Assembly (NCBI GenBank): GCA_902499925.1
Contig: GCA_902499925.1_4130.1
Origin: Escherichia coli
GTDB taxonomy: Bacteria > Pseudomonadota > Gammaproteobacteria > Enterobacterales > Enterobacteriaceae
Direction: 5' to 3' (one strand)
DNA: 64,000 nucleotides
A program made the position numbers and the translations under genes. A model generated the notes under the pieces. The model was not told the origin of the DNA, ran no database searches, and worked only from the letters and a program-made list of their open reading frames with translations. This document shows positions 40,881 to 51,017 of this stretch, one piece after another; the stretch's first letter is position 1; each line of letters opens with the position of its first letter.

Positions 40881-41019
40881 CTTGTTCCTGATACTGTGTA
40901 CCCAAATACATCAGTACTTTTAATTCTTTGAATTCAGTACCATATGAGTCGATTTGCATCATTCTTTTAGAGTATATACCGAATAGTTTATCAATATCAT
41001 CTTGGTTTATTATTTTCAT
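40828..41019 (-). CDS. paralog family B member (dispersed copy)
   Basis: LGTQYQEQVVKEYIDSL. Confidence 0.5.
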   Translation of the reverse strand: MKIINQDDIDKLFGIYSKRMMQIDSYGTEFKELKVLMYLGTQYQEQVVKEYIDSLQKDIRYVQ

Positions 41020-41224
41020 AAACCCTCTTCTGGATTAGTTCCTGTAAGTGCTGAATATAACCCTTCATTGCAACATCCTGTTTGTTAGAGCCAACGAAGA
41101 ACAATAGCTTAAAGTCATGGTAATCCATTTTTGGTTTAGTAGTGAACCATATGTCCCACACTGCACTCACAGTTCTCATGTATTCAATTCGATTAAATGT
41201 TTTTGAATACTTCATCGAAATCAA
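40997..41224 (-). CDS. paralog family B-like (dispersed copy)
   Basis: VGSNKQDVAMKGYIQHL. Confidence 0.45.
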   Translation of the reverse strand: MISMKYSKTFNRIEYMRTVSAVWDIWFTTKPKMDYHDFKLLFFVGSNKQDVAMKGYIQHLQELIQKRVYENNKPR

Positions 41225-41726
41225 CCTTTAATAAATTGATATTTAAATTACTGTTAAATGCCATCTGTAATTCCATATAGAACTGAATAATAGCATAGTC
41301 AGGATCAGTACAAGATAGTTGAAAGCACTGTTCTTCAAATGAATTGTAATTGTACTTAGGAATATTAATAGTACGATATAACTCTGGATAACCCCATATC
41401 ATAGTGTACACGTCAATTTCAGTACACTTTTTCTTAAAAGTCATCTGTCGAATAGTTTCAGATCTGGATTCAAGGTATACAACATTCTTATGAACGGCTG
41501 AACCAATTGAAAGCAATGATGTATCAATGACGTGTTTCTCACGTATATCACACTTCTGGAATGCACCATTCCCTTGTAACAGTTTATGGAAATCGTACTT
41601 CTCACTAATAACTGTACTAGGATCAATTAATCCAGTACTGCATTTTTTCAGTACTGGTACGATAGTGCGAATCTTTTTTGATAAATCTTGTAATGCATCA
41701 TAATCATTAATGTTAATTTTTCTCAA
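41193..41726 (-). CDS. paralog family A member
   Basis: EEQCFQLSCT. Confidence 0.55.
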   Translation of the reverse strand: MRKININDYDALQDLSKKIRTIVPVLKKCSTGLIDPSTVISEKYDFHKLLQGNGAFQKCDIREKHVIDTSLLSIGSAVHKNVVYLESRSETIRQMTFKKKCTEIDVYTMIWGYPELYRTINIPKYNYNSFEEQCFQLSCTDPDYAIIQFYMELQMAFNSNLNINLLKVDFDEVFKNI

Positions 41727-42169
41727 ACGGATGCCTCTTCTATAGTAACGAAATCAACTAACCTATCAAGTTTTTCAGTGTCTAGATAAAATATATCCAG
41801 TACTGACTTCTGATATAGTACACTAAATGTACATAGATTGTCAAGTGTTCCTTCATTATAAACAGTACTTCCCTGGAAGTACCCTTCTTCTGTACTCAGA
41901 GATAAAATATCAGAAATTTTAAAAGATTCTTCATTCTCATGACGCTCTATCGTAACTTCATCATATTTTCTGTTCAATGAAATATAATCGTATGCTAATT
42001 CAATAGTACTACAGTTGTTGTTGCTAGTGTCAAATAAAGAATCAATTGTAATCTTCGTACCATTAGAAACTTCTCTGCGTTTATCATCTACGTATTCAGG
42101 ATTTTCTTTGAAGAACTTAACAACTTTTAGAATATCATTTGCTTTCTTGATTGCACTTTCGTAACTCAT
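41723..42169 (-). CDS. paralog family A member
   Basis: EEGYFQGSTVY. Confidence 0.55.
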   Translation of the reverse strand: MSYESAIKKANDILKVVKFFKENPEYVDDKRREVSNGTKITIDSLFDTSNNNCSTIELAYDYISLNRKYDEVTIERHENEESFKISDILSLSTEEGYFQGSTVYNEGTLDNLCTFSVLYQKSVLDIFYLDTEKLDRLVDFVTIEEASV

Positions 42170-42608
42170 TTTTTCTGGACTCCATATATATCACCTGATT
42201 TAGTTCATATACATAATCTAAATCAATGAATATAGAATTATTAAAGTTCTCTTTCAGAAATGCATTAAAAACTACTAAAGCTCTTAATGCACTATTTGGG
42301 TATATAGTACTGTACTGGAAGTAAGCATCTTCTGAATTTAAGAATAGTACTTCTTCTTCGGTGAATTCAAAATATTTTCCACTTTCATCGATTGAATAGA
42401 AAGTTCCAGAATCCCATACGAAGTACTTGAATTCCAAATCATAATCATGGGACTCGTACTTATATTCATTACCTAATCCTAGAATATCTGTACCAACACT
42501 TATAGTACTAATATATGCCCCTTTATGGTCTAAGTACTTTACATTATTTTGAAAGAACTTTACTATATTAACTAATTCTTCAGCGTGCTTAAGATCACTT
42601 TCGTACAT
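42135..42608 (-). CDS. paralog family A member
   Basis: EDAYFQYSTIY. Confidence 0.55.
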   Translation of the reverse strand: MYESDLKHAEELVNIVKFFQNNVKYLDHKGAYISTISVGTDILGLGNEYKYESHDYDLEFKYFVWDSGTFYSIDESGKYFEFTEEEVLFLNSEDAYFQYSTIYPNSALRALVVFNAFLKENFNNSIFIDLDYVYELNQVIYMESRKNELRKCNQESK

Positions 42609-42922
42609 TATATTTCAACCTCTATATATTCTTGGGTAATTAAGTAATCCCAGTAGTACTTCACTTGTTTTTGTATCTCAATTAAAGCATAAAAATTAAT
42701 TCTCTTATCCCATACAAGTGATTCCTGAAAAAGAAATGTTTCATGATCATCTCTGTAATCACATTCAAGGAAGTCAGGAATATAATCACAATCGTGAAGA
42801 TATTCAATCATTAAAGATTCATTACATCTCCTAACTGCAAGATGTTGGAAATTATCATGATCGAAGAAATACATTAGACTAATTGTTCCAGGAATGTACT
42901 GAATACTGTATAAGAATTTCAT
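42608..42922 (-). CDS. paralog family A member
   Basis: ETFLFQESLVWDKR. Confidence 0.55.
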   Translation of the reverse strand: MKFLYSIQYIPGTISLMYFFDHDNFQHLAVRRCNESLMIEYLHDCDYIPDFLECDYRDDHETFLFQESLVWDKRINFYALIEIQKQVKYYWDYLITQEYIEVEI

Positions 42923-43362
42923 CGTTTACCCTTATATACTTCACGTACATATTCATAATCCAAATAAAATCTTGTACTATCAATACTTTTAAAGTACCAC
43001 ATAATAACTAAAGTATCTAGTACTTCATCATCATACAAAGTACTATTCTGAAAGTAATACTCTTCACTATCCCACGGACCTTTCAGTACTTCAAAGTTCA
43101 ATTTTAAAGGTCTGCTGCGATTATAAAAACGGATTTCACCACCATAAGCATAACTGATAAATTCTGCATCTGGATTGTATTGTGAAAAATCTGCGGGACT
43201 TTTGGAATTCAACCCAAGAATAACTGTAGTTGTAGCAAAATCACTATCCTTGTAGTAGTTACCATTCTCGGCTTTGTATACTTCTTCGAACTTCCCAGCC
43301 TTAATGTCTTCAATATATGCCTGTAGTTCTTTTGCTTTATCAAGAGCACTTCGTAATGACAT
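42919..43362 (-). CDS. paralog family A member (EEYYFQ subfamily)
   Basis: WDSEEYYFQNSTLY ... VIMWYFKS. Confidence 0.6.
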   Translation of the reverse strand: MSLRSALDKAKELQAYIEDIKAGKFEEVYKAENGNYYKDSDFATTTVILGLNSKSPADFSQYNPDAEFISYAYGGEIRFYNRSRPLKLNFEVLKGPWDSEEYYFQNSTLYDDEVLDTLVIMWYFKSIDSTRFYLDYEYVREVYKGKR

Positions 43363-43828
43363 TATCTTCCCCTACAGTATTCTCTACGTATTCATAATCG
43401 AAATAGAAACTACCAGAACCAATACTTTTAAAGTACCACATAATTACAATAACATCTAATTCTTCTTCATTGTACACAGTACTGTTCTGGAAGTAATATT
43501 CTTCACTATCCCACGGACCTTCTAGTACTGAATACGGAATGATTGTGTCATCAACATCACTATCTGTGTTGTAGATGGTAATATCTTCATTACGGCAATA
43601 ACTAATGTACTGATTGTACATATGATATTCACAGTTATCACTATCACCCGTATCAGTGTGTAGTACTAACGTTTCTGCATGTATCTCTGACTCATCATAA
43701 TCGTCGCGGTCTTTTACAAAAAATTCAGTATCAGATGTTTTATACACCCCAGGAACTGAACCTTCTTGTACCATAATCATGTACTCATGAATCTTCTTTG
43801 CTTCTTTCAATGCACTTTCTAATGACAT
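43340..43828 (-). CDS. paralog family A member (EEYYFQ subfamily)
   Basis: WDSEEYYFQNSTVY ... VIMWYFKS. Confidence 0.6.
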   Translation of the reverse strand: MSLESALKEAKKIHEYMIMVQEGSVPGVYKTSDTEFFVKDRDDYDESEIHAETLVLHTDTGDSDNCEYHMYNQYISYCRNEDITIYNTDSDVDDTIIPYSVLEGPWDSEEYYFQNSTVYNEEELDVIVIMWYFKSIGSGSFYFDYEYVENTVGEDNVITKCS

Positions 43829-43830
43829 TA

Positions 43831-44271
43831 CTAATCCCCTGTACTTAAATATTCACATGCTCCCCAGTCAAGGAAGAAGGGTTCAAAATTCAATTCCTTA
43901 AAGTACCACAAAACAACCAAGGAATCAAGCATTTCTTGGTTAAAAATAAGACTCTGTTGGAAGTAATACTCTTCAGTACCCCACGGCCCATCAAGTACCC
44001 CGAAGTCAACAGGTGTATTTGATGTGTCAAAAGTAATCTTAGTACCTGGAATATATACAAAAAAACTAGTATATTGACTACATGAAGAGTACTGTATAGT
44101 ATTGTCTTTATCATGGCCCATAAGTAAAATATCATCAGAGTATGTCTTTATACCTGATAGATAATACTCATTACCAAATGCACTTACTTTATCACCATAG
44201 AAACCACTTTTTATGTTATCGTGGAAGTGATGTATTTTGTGTGCCAGTTTAAGTGCACTTGCTAAACTCAT
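43831..44271 (-). CDS. paralog family A member (EEYYFQ subfamily)
   Basis: WGTEEYYFQQSLIF ... VVLWYFKE. Confidence 0.6.
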   Translation of the reverse strand: MSLASALKLAHKIHHFHDNIKSGFYGDKVSAFGNEYYLSGIKTYSDDILLMGHDKDNTIQYSSCSQYTSFFVYIPGTKITFDTSNTPVDFGVLDGPWGTEEYYFQQSLIFNQEMLDSLVVLWYFKELNFEPFFLDWGACEYLSTGD

Positions 44272-44738
44272 ATATCCTCTTTTATAACTCGTAGTAGATC
44301 CAAGTCCAAATAGAAGCTAGGACAATCTGTATTATTAAAGTACCACAGAATGACAAGCTTGTCAAGTACATCTTCCTCGTAGATAGTATTCTGCTGGAAG
44401 TAGAACTCTTCACTTCCCCAGTCATTATCCAGTACTGAATACGGAAGATGTTTCTCTGCTGCACCAGTTATAATGTCAGTATCTTGTATTAAAATATCAG
44501 CATCACGACAGAAGTACATGTAATTATCTTCCAAATTAACATCACACCCATTGAGTGTTGTTTCAGAAGAATCTAAGTTTTCTTCATACATGTGAATGTA
44601 CTCACTACTGTCATCGTATATCATTCGACAATAAGCTTTACCTTCCTTGAATAGATACCCATTGAGTCGATTGAGTACTATTTCCTTTTTACATAAATCA
44701 ATTAACTTAGCAATTTCTAATGCTCTTTCAAAACTCAT
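44268..44738 (-). CDS. paralog family A member (EEYYFQ subfamily)
   Basis: WGSEEFYFQQNTIY ... VILWYFNN. Confidence 0.6.
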   Translation of the reverse strand: MSFERALEIAKLIDLCKKEIVLNRLNGYLFKEGKAYCRMIYDDSSEYIHMYEENLDSSETTLNGCDVNLEDNYMYFCRDADILIQDTDIITGAAEKHLPYSVLDNDWGSEEFYFQQNTIYEEDVLDKLVILWYFNNTDCPSFYLDLDLLRVIKEDI

Positions 44739-44739
44739 A

Positions 44740-44925
44740 TCAACTCCTGTGTTGTGTCTTGATATAATCTCGGTACACCATGTGAATATTAGCTATATAC
44801 AATTCACTAATATCATATGTACCGAAGTACATGTCATTCCTAATGCTGTTGTTATGTCTAATATCAATTACGAATCGTCGAAGTATTGTATTCATGAATG
44901 ATTCCATTTGTTCTTTTTTATTCAT
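44740..44925 (-). CDS. small hypothetical protein
   Basis: 61-aa ORF filling the gap between array members. Confidence 0.35.
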   Translation of the reverse strand: MNKKEQMESFMNTILRRFVIDIRHNNSIRNDMYFGTYDISELYIANIHMVYRDYIKTQHRS

Positions 44926-45266
44926 AGCTTAAAACGATACCTATCTTTGGAATCAGTCTCTATACAGATTCTTCTATATTCTTTCATCTTCTGTTGGAGT
45001 TCAATGACTTCCTCTAGTGTACACAAGTACTTCTTGTCAAATATTAATGACTCTTGAAATATTTCAGCCTCACCCTGTACTGTTGTATAGTCTTTCATAT
45101 TTTCTACAACTGTTCCTTTGGACTGATAATCAATGAAGCTAAAGTAAGCACCATTAAATTTAATGTACTGATCCATTTTGTGTTCATAATCACCTTTGTT
45201 AAGATTGCAATACACTTCCAGTGAAGTACTAATCTTAGGTATAAACATAGAAAAATCATATTCCAT
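44922..45266 (-). CDS. paralog family A member (CNLNKGD subfamily)
   Basis: AEIFQESLIFDKKYLCTLEEV; track ORF 44922..45338 trimmed to internal Met (MEYDF). Confidence 0.55.
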   Translation of the reverse strand: MEYDFSMFIPKISTSLEVYCNLNKGDYEHKMDQYIKFNGAYFSFIDYQSKGTVVENMKDYTTVQGEAEIFQESLIFDKKYLCTLEEVIELQQKMKEYRRICIETDSKDRYRFKL

Positions 45267-45267
45267 A

Positions 45268-45633
45268 TTACTCACCTGCATTGAAATAATAACTACTTGT
45301 TGTTGGTGTAGATGTATCAAAGGTGTTTTCTTTAACATATCTCTTCATTTCATTTTGTATAAAAATCATATCTTCTATTGTACATGAGTACTTATTCTTG
45401 TCAAACACCAAAGAAGCTTGAAATAGTTCAACATCATCCAGTACTGTATAATCTGTAATACTTTCAGAGTTATAGTCGAAGTCATCATGCAATACATCAA
45501 TGAAATTAAAACACAAATCCGAGTACTGAATATATAAACTCAACTCATGTTCCGAATCACCCTTGACAAGATTGCAGCACAAATCCCACCCCGTTCTGGA
45601 CTTACAAACGTACATCGAATAATCAAATGTCAT
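45268..45633 (-). CDS. paralog family A member (CNLNKGD subfamily)
   Basis: VELFQASLVFDKNKY. Confidence 0.6.
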   Translation of the reverse strand: MTFDYSMYVCKSRTGWDLCCNLVKGDSEHELSLYIQYSDLCFNFIDVLHDDFDYNSESITDYTVLDDVELFQASLVFDKNKYSCTIEDMIFIQNEMKRYVKENTFDTSTPTTSSYYFNAGE

Positions 45634-45986
45634 TCTGGTATTCCTATATTGAATTTGTATTCTTGATTAATACTGACATTGCCTTTATTCAAAGAGTCAT
45701 ACTCTTTCATTTCATTTTGTATTGCAATAACTTCTTCAAATGTACACAAGTACTTCTTATCAAATACTAATGACTCCTGAAATAGTTCAGCGGCATCCAT
45801 TACTGTATAATCCGGCATATCCTGATGCGGATACTGTAATGAATTATAATCAATGAATGTGAATTTACCCTGAGTGAAATGAATATACTCATTTGCACTG
45901 TGCATTAAATCACCTTTGTTTAAATTACAAAAGTACTGAAAACTGTTCTTAAAAGAATGTACTGATATTACAAAATCAAATTCCAT
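45630..45986 (-). CDS. paralog family A member (CNLNKGD subfamily)
   Basis: AELFQESLVFDKKYLCTFEEV. Confidence 0.6.
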   Translation of the reverse strand: MEFDFVISVHSFKNSFQYFCNLNKGDLMHSANEYIHFTQGKFTFIDYNSLQYPHQDMPDYTVMDAAELFQESLVFDKKYLCTFEEVIAIQNEMKEYDSLNKGNVSINQEYKFNIGIPE

Positions 45987-46354
45987 CAGTACTCAACCTC
46001 TAAATTAAAAGATTCAGGAAACTTAGTCATATAATCTTCAGGATAGTTCTGCATTGTTTTGATCATCTCTACCTGTGTAGCACGGACGTATTCAATTGGT
46101 GCTCCTGGTAAATTCCAGACAGTACTTTCCTGAAAGAATTCCTCTTCTGACAGTACTGTAAGATTTACAAAATCATTACGGTAATTTTTTGAATCATCAT
46201 ATGTGAAGATTTTAAAAGACCCATTTTCATATAGTACAAGAACAAAATGTGAGAATTTTTGTAATGCACCACCCATTTCCACGTCCGCATGATTCAGTGT
46301 ACAGATGACCTCTTTTTTCCTCATACCGAATTGAATTCTAATTTCTTTTTTCAT
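45986..46354 (-). CDS. paralog family A member
   Basis: EEEFFQESTVW. Confidence 0.55.
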   Translation of the reverse strand: MKKEIRIQFGMRKKEVICTLNHADVEMGGALQKFSHFVLVLYENGSFKIFTYDDSKNYRNDFVNLTVLSEEEFFQESTVWNLPGAPIEYVRATQVEMIKTMQNYPEDYMTKFPESFNLEVEY

Positions 46355-46357
46355 AAA

Positions 46358-46494
46358 ATCTCCTTCAGATTAGTACTGAATTTGTACAGAATATTAGAAC
46401 TGTATCCATAATCAAATCACCTTTGTTTAAATTACAAAAGTACTGAAAACTATTCTTGAAAGAATGTACTGATATTACAAAATCAAATTCCATC
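46358..46494 (-). pseudogene. truncated duplicate of the 5' end of family A gene 45630..45986
   Basis: ~85 nt near-identical to 45903-45986; encodes MEFDFVISVHSFKNSFQYFCNLNKGDL then diverges and stops after ~45 codons; coordinates approximate. Confidence 0.55.
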
Positions 46495-46966
46495 ACTCTT
46501 CCCCTAGATTGAAATAATTACTAAAATTAGTTTCACCAGTTTTACACCATTTATCGATACAATCCTTGTGAATAAATTTGATCCTACGCTGGATTTCAAC
46601 TATCTCTTCTAATGTACAGTTGTACTTCTTATCAAATACTAATGCCTCCTGAAACAGTGCAGCCTCATCCATTAATGTATAATCCAGCATATCGGTTGCT
46701 TTACCCCTAAACCCAGTACTAAAATCCATCAAATAAAATTGAGAATTTTCGAACTTTATAAGTTTGTCCCTTGCGTAGTTTAAATCACGCTTGCACAAAT
46801 TACAGCACGTAATAAACTCACCAGTGTACATCCATGTCCCTATATGAAAATCTTTATATTTCATTTGCATCTTCATTTCAATTGTAATCTTTACTGTAAT
46901 TAATAAGGTAAACTCCAATATAAGGAGCACGTTCGCGGCGGGGTATTTTTTTGTTTCAGGAAACAT
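46493..46966 (-). CDS. paralog family A member (CNLNKGD subfamily)
   Basis: AALFQEALVFDKKYNCTLEEIV; true start probably internal (MKYKDF, near 46864). Confidence 0.55.
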   Translation of the reverse strand: MFPETKKYPAANVLLILEFTLLITVKITIEMKMQMKYKDFHIGTWMYTGEFITCCNLCKRDLNYARDKLIKFENSQFYLMDFSTGFRGKATDMLDYTLMDEAALFQEALVFDKKYNCTLEEIVEIQRRIKFIHKDCIDKWCKTGETNFSNYFNLGEE

Positions 46967-47078
46967 GAACTGTACTCTGAAAACACATTTTAAAACTTTA
47001 TATTAAACATATACCTTAACATGTTTTTCAGCGAAAATTTTTTTGACCCCCCCAGCGGCCTGTGAAAACGAAACGTCT

Positions 47079-47324
47079 CTATTTATTCAGCCTAGAAAGC
47101 TTGATTTCTTCAATCCTTTTCATCGCACAAAGCCTTCGACTCGTCCTCTCGTACATATTCAATACTCGTTGTAATGCATTATCTGTATTATCTGTAACTG
47201 CAATCTGAACCAAATATGTATCCTTCAAAATCGAATCCATCATGAATTCAAAACCTTTCACACTAAAGCAATATACCACTTCCGGCTCTTCAAACGTAAT
47301 CATAATTCCAATCCCCTGTCCCAT
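47079..47324 (-). CDS. hypothetical protein
   Basis: 81-aa ORF without family core. Confidence 0.4.
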   Translation of the reverse strand: MGQGIGIMITFEEPEVVYCFSVKGFEFMMDSILKDTYLVQIAVTDNTDNALQRVLNMYERTSRRLCAMKRIEEIKLSRLNK

Positions 47325-47493
47325 CTAACCTTCTAAGATATCTTGCGTAAATTATTTCGAAATATCTGTGCAACGAAATTACGGATTGCTCATAATCATC
47401 ATTCCTGTACATTGTGCATGTAAGAAAATCATTTAAACCGTAATCTAAACTGCACTTGAACTTCTCCTTTGCAACATCTCTAAAATTATCCAT
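47290..47493 (-). CDS. hypothetical protein
   Basis: 67-aa ORF. Confidence 0.35.
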   Translation of the reverse strand: MDNFRDVAKEKFKCSLDYGLNDFLTCTMYRNDDYEQSVISLHRYFEIIYARYLRRLDGTGDWNYDYV

Positions 47494-47656
47494 AATATGT
47501 CCTCTGCACAGCGTAGGTGTACTGTGAACTCAGCACCGTTAATAGGTAATCTATGTTGTAAGCACGATTTCCTCGTTGACTAGCACGACTAGAATAAAGA
47601 ATATTATCCACATATGTATCGAACTGTTCTTCAAATAACTCTTTCATCAGCACCCT

Positions 47657-48283
47657 TTAGCACCCTTTAACAACTTTTGAAATGTAATCTTCTAATGCAC
47701 CAATGTTCTTTGTATTCGTTCGAACTAAAAGATAACTTAAATTCTCGAACTCCTGAACATAATGCTTAACAGCGTACATGCATCGTAATTCAAAATCTGT
47801 ATGAACCGTTTTGTACTGAAATAACATCTCTTCTGAAGCATCTAAAAGCTCTGTAGCTTGTTCTGTACTGAACTTAAAGGGATTCTGTACTCCTGAACTA
47901 AAACACTTTTGTACGTTCGTCTGGACACCCTGTGATAGATATAATCCTGTACTACCATCTTGTGTTGATATCGAATTGAAACCATTACTTGCAACCATTA
48001 AATCTGAACTCAATACAAATAATAATTTATCTTCCTTATGAATTAATAAATCTGACTTCAGGGATTTTATTCCTGTACTGGTTATATCACCTATACTAAG
48101 ATTGTCACTGAACTTCTCAGCGTTGTTCGCAATGCTCTGGACAAGATTTTTTAATCTCTTAATGGCACTTCTGTCTTTTTCTAATGTATCTAATAAACTC
48201 ATTGAACTCATTGTACTTTCCTTACATATTTGTACTGAACAAAACGGAACTTTGAATGCCATTAATCGACACTTCATGTACAT
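47657..48283 (-). CDS. paralog family A member
   Basis: EEMLFQYKTV. Confidence 0.5.
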   Translation of the reverse strand: MYMKCRLMAFKVPFCSVQICKESTMSSMSLLDTLEKDRSAIKRLKNLVQSIANNAEKFSDNLSIGDITSTGIKSLKSDLLIHKEDKLLFVLSSDLMVASNGFNSISTQDGSTGLYLSQGVQTNVQKCFSSGVQNPFKFSTEQATELLDASEEMLFQYKTVHTDFELRCMYAVKHYVQEFENLSYLLVRTNTKNIGALEDYISKVVKGC

Positions 48284-48566
48284 ATATATTTTGTCTGAAT
48301 ACCTGAAGCAATTGAACTAAACTCTGTTGCATAATAATATGCATCGCTAAATTATCAAAGGCCGTTTCGTATTGGAATCGTGCAGCATCATCTTCTATGA
48401 AATTCGGAACTTGGACTGGATTTTCAAAATTTGTCCTTGTACTGAACTGTACATCATTGTCCTGTACCTTAATACCATATGAATTATCTTTGTTATCAAC
48501 TACATCAAATTCAATTAAACTACCATCTTTACTGACGTTTACTATATAAACTGAAAATCTACTCAT
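48222..48566 (-). CDS. paralog family A-like (divergent)
   Basis: DAARFQYETAF. Confidence 0.45.
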   Translation of the reverse strand: MSRFSVYIVNVSKDGSLIEFDVVDNKDNSYGIKVQDNDVQFSTRTNFENPVQVPNFIEDDAARFQYETAFDNLAMHIIMQQSLVQLLQVFRQNIYVHEVSINGIQSSVLFSTNM

Positions 48567-49204
48567 AATCCTATTTCCTTTAAATCTTCCAAAAATGTTT
48601 CATAATCACTTAAGGAAAAAAAGATATCCGTATCGATGTTCGCATCTAATACATTATACAAATTCTGCATCTGTAACACATCAGGAGCATCAATCAATGA
48701 TTGCTGGAAATAGGCAGCTTCATCTTCCAAAATATCTCTGAATGTTCTCTCTCGTACTCTGTGGTGTACTGAATTGAATATTGATTTCTCATCCTTAAGC
48801 ATTGGTAGGTATCGAATGTACATGTGTTCTCTTAGCTCTGGACTGATGGAACCCCTGAACTGTAACACGTATTCGAAGCACATAGCAACATCCTGAAGGT
48901 AATTGGCACTGTAATTATTGCTGTAAACAATCTTATGACTTCTGAACTCATCATCATTTCTGAACCAATTGTCACCTACTTTGGTGTACTTATGACTAAG
49001 CAATCCACCCTCTAACGCTTTGATGATCTTCAAAATGTTGTGTGCAAATGCATATGATGTATTGTACTTGGCCTGATACATGTGTGCCTCATCTGCCTCA
49101 TTTGGCGTTAAAATATTCACTGAAATGATTATAACACAAAAGCACCACGATGTTAAGCACTCTGTTGTCAAAATCATCTTGTGATGCAGGATGCAAGGAC
49201 GCAT
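48563..49204 (-). CDS. paralog family A member
   Basis: EAAYFQQSLI. Confidence 0.55.
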   Translation of the reverse strand: MRPCILHHKMILTTECLTSWCFCVIIISVNILTPNEADEAHMYQAKYNTSYAFAHNILKIIKALEGGLLSHKYTKVGDNWFRNDDEFRSHKIVYSNNYSANYLQDVAMCFEYVLQFRGSISPELREHMYIRYLPMLKDEKSIFNSVHHRVRERTFRDILEDEAAYFQQSLIDAPDVLQMQNLYNVLDANIDTDIFFSLSDYETFLEDLKEIGL

Positions 49205-49293
49205 TGATGTTAAAATTCACTATATCATTGTGGAATTGGTATGTGAACAAATCAAACTTCGTATGCCTTTGTTTGATATCATCGGCGGTCATA

Positions 49294-49902
49294 TTATATA
49301 TTCAACCCTTTAACAATGGAAATAAATTCTTTGTATACATTTTCAGGTAAAGCTCTACTACCATAAAGAACACTAAATTCAGGTAACATATCCGAAATCT
49401 CTTTCGCTAAATTTATTTCATCCCTGAACATTTGCACAGGCATGATATCCTGTACCAATGATAACTGAAAGAAAAATGATTCAATATCTTCATGCACCTC
49501 TGAATTTAAATAAATCTCTTCTGGAAACTGGTCTGTACTGTAATAATAAAATACGTCAATTCTTTTTTCATTATTTTGTACAAGAGGTAAATTTCTTTCG
49601 TCTCTCTTATTAATATTTGTTTTCCATGACTCAATGTTATTCGGAACCCAAAACTCATAAGGTGTTTTCTCTCCTGAAATATTATCCAGCTTCAATCCAT
49701 AATATTCACCTTCGCCGTACTTCTGCTTCAAAACAATACCTGTACTACTGATGTTTACAATGTACGTATCAACAATCCCCTCTGCGGTAAAAGGAATATT
49801 TAACTCTGAACCTTCAGGGTACTTAGCATTGAATGCATCTAATGCTTTACTAAGCACTGGAATTGCACTTGTACTGTACTTCATTAATTGATCTATGTTC
49901 AT
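49294..49902 (-). CDS. paralog family A member
   Basis: ESFFFQLSLV. Confidence 0.55.
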   Translation of the reverse strand: MNIDQLMKYSTSAIPVLSKALDAFNAKYPEGSELNIPFTAEGIVDTYIVNISSTGIVLKQKYGEGEYYGLKLDNISGEKTPYEFWVPNNIESWKTNINKRDERNLPLVQNNEKRIDVFYYYSTDQFPEEIYLNSEVHEDIESFFFQLSLVQDIMPVQMFRDEINLAKEISDMLPEFSVLYGSRALPENVYKEFISIVKGLNI

Positions 49903-50483
49903 TTTAATGCCCCTGTAATCATACTGAAATTTGAACGATACATATCGTACACTGTACTTTCTTTCTTGTGCACAATGAAATCATAAAGATCGACGAATGC
50001 AGGAATAATAATCTTGAATGATTTATTCTTGTACGTCCCAAACTCAACGGTGCTCAATTTTGCAACGAGCATAGCAACAAAGATTTCTTCTGGACTATGC
50101 AATGTACTGTACTGAAAATAATCCTCTGCACTTATTTCACCCATTGCACTAATATCTTGTACTTGTAATGAAATTTTAAGATAATAATAAGAAAAATCAT
50201 TCTCTGATTTGTTTTGTATTTTGTATTGGTCTATGGGTACATCTCTCATGAACCATAAACGGTCCTGACCATAAAAAGGAATGATTGAATTTGGGGAACC
50301 CAAAAAAACTTCTTCTCTATCAATATCCTTTAACTCAATTTGCATACTGGATGAATTGGCAATAATTAATTCATTAAAAATGTAATGAACCTTGTGTACC
50401 ATCTCTTGTACTGAATTGAAATCATCTGGTATTTTAAAATTTTCCATAGGTATCTCCTTAAAAATGATTACACATTGTACCAT
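49899..50483 (-). CDS. paralog family A member
   Basis: AEDYFQYSTLH. Confidence 0.55.
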   Translation of the reverse strand: MVQCVIIFKEIPMENFKIPDDFNSVQEMVHKVHYIFNELIIANSSSMQIELKDIDREEVFLGSPNSIIPFYGQDRLWFMRDVPIDQYKIQNKSENDFSYYYLKISLQVQDISAMGEISAEDYFQYSTLHSPEEIFVAMLVAKLSTVEFGTYKNKSFKIIIPAFVDLYDFIVHKKESTVYDMYRSNFSMITGALK

Positions 50484-50519
50484 GCATTTGTACTGGTGTC
50501 AAACAAAAAAGCCCATATC

Positions 50520-51017
50520 TTACGATACAGGCATGTTTATTTGAATTTCATTGTACAAATCATCAATATATAGACATGAAAACGATAAACTTTCTTTAAC
50601 TATATTGTTGTGATAAAGCATTTTAAACACTATATAGAAAAATAAATCAATATCATCATGTACTAAATTCTGCTGGAACCACCACTCTTCTGTTAAATCT
50701 TGTGCATTAAAATCATCAGGAACTTCAATTGACGACATATCAACATCTTCTTTGTACTCAAACCACATGTCGTCATTCGGATAACGTTCATGTTTTTCTG
50801 GGTAACAATTGCTGGGATTAAATGCTAAAATATAAAATGTCGTCGCAGAATGTTCTTTATTAAAAAATGAATTATTCCACACCTGATACCTTTCACCAAC
50901 ATCAATCTCTTTTGATACTGATGTTATTGCACATAATGTACGATATATTGTTTCTATTTTGTGAACAAATTTAAAGGCTGCATCTAAACTGAACTCTAAA
51001 TCAGACATGCGGTGCAT
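50520..51017 (-). CDS. paralog family A member
   Basis: EEWWFQQNLV. Confidence 0.55.
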   Translation of the reverse strand: MHRMSDLEFSLDAAFKFVHKIETIYRTLCAITSVSKEIDVGERYQVWNNSFFNKEHSATTFYILAFNPSNCYPEKHERYPNDDMWFEYKEDVDMSSIEVPDDFNAQDLTEEWWFQQNLVHDDIDLFFYIVFKMLYHNNIVKESLSFSCLYIDDLYNEIQINMPVS

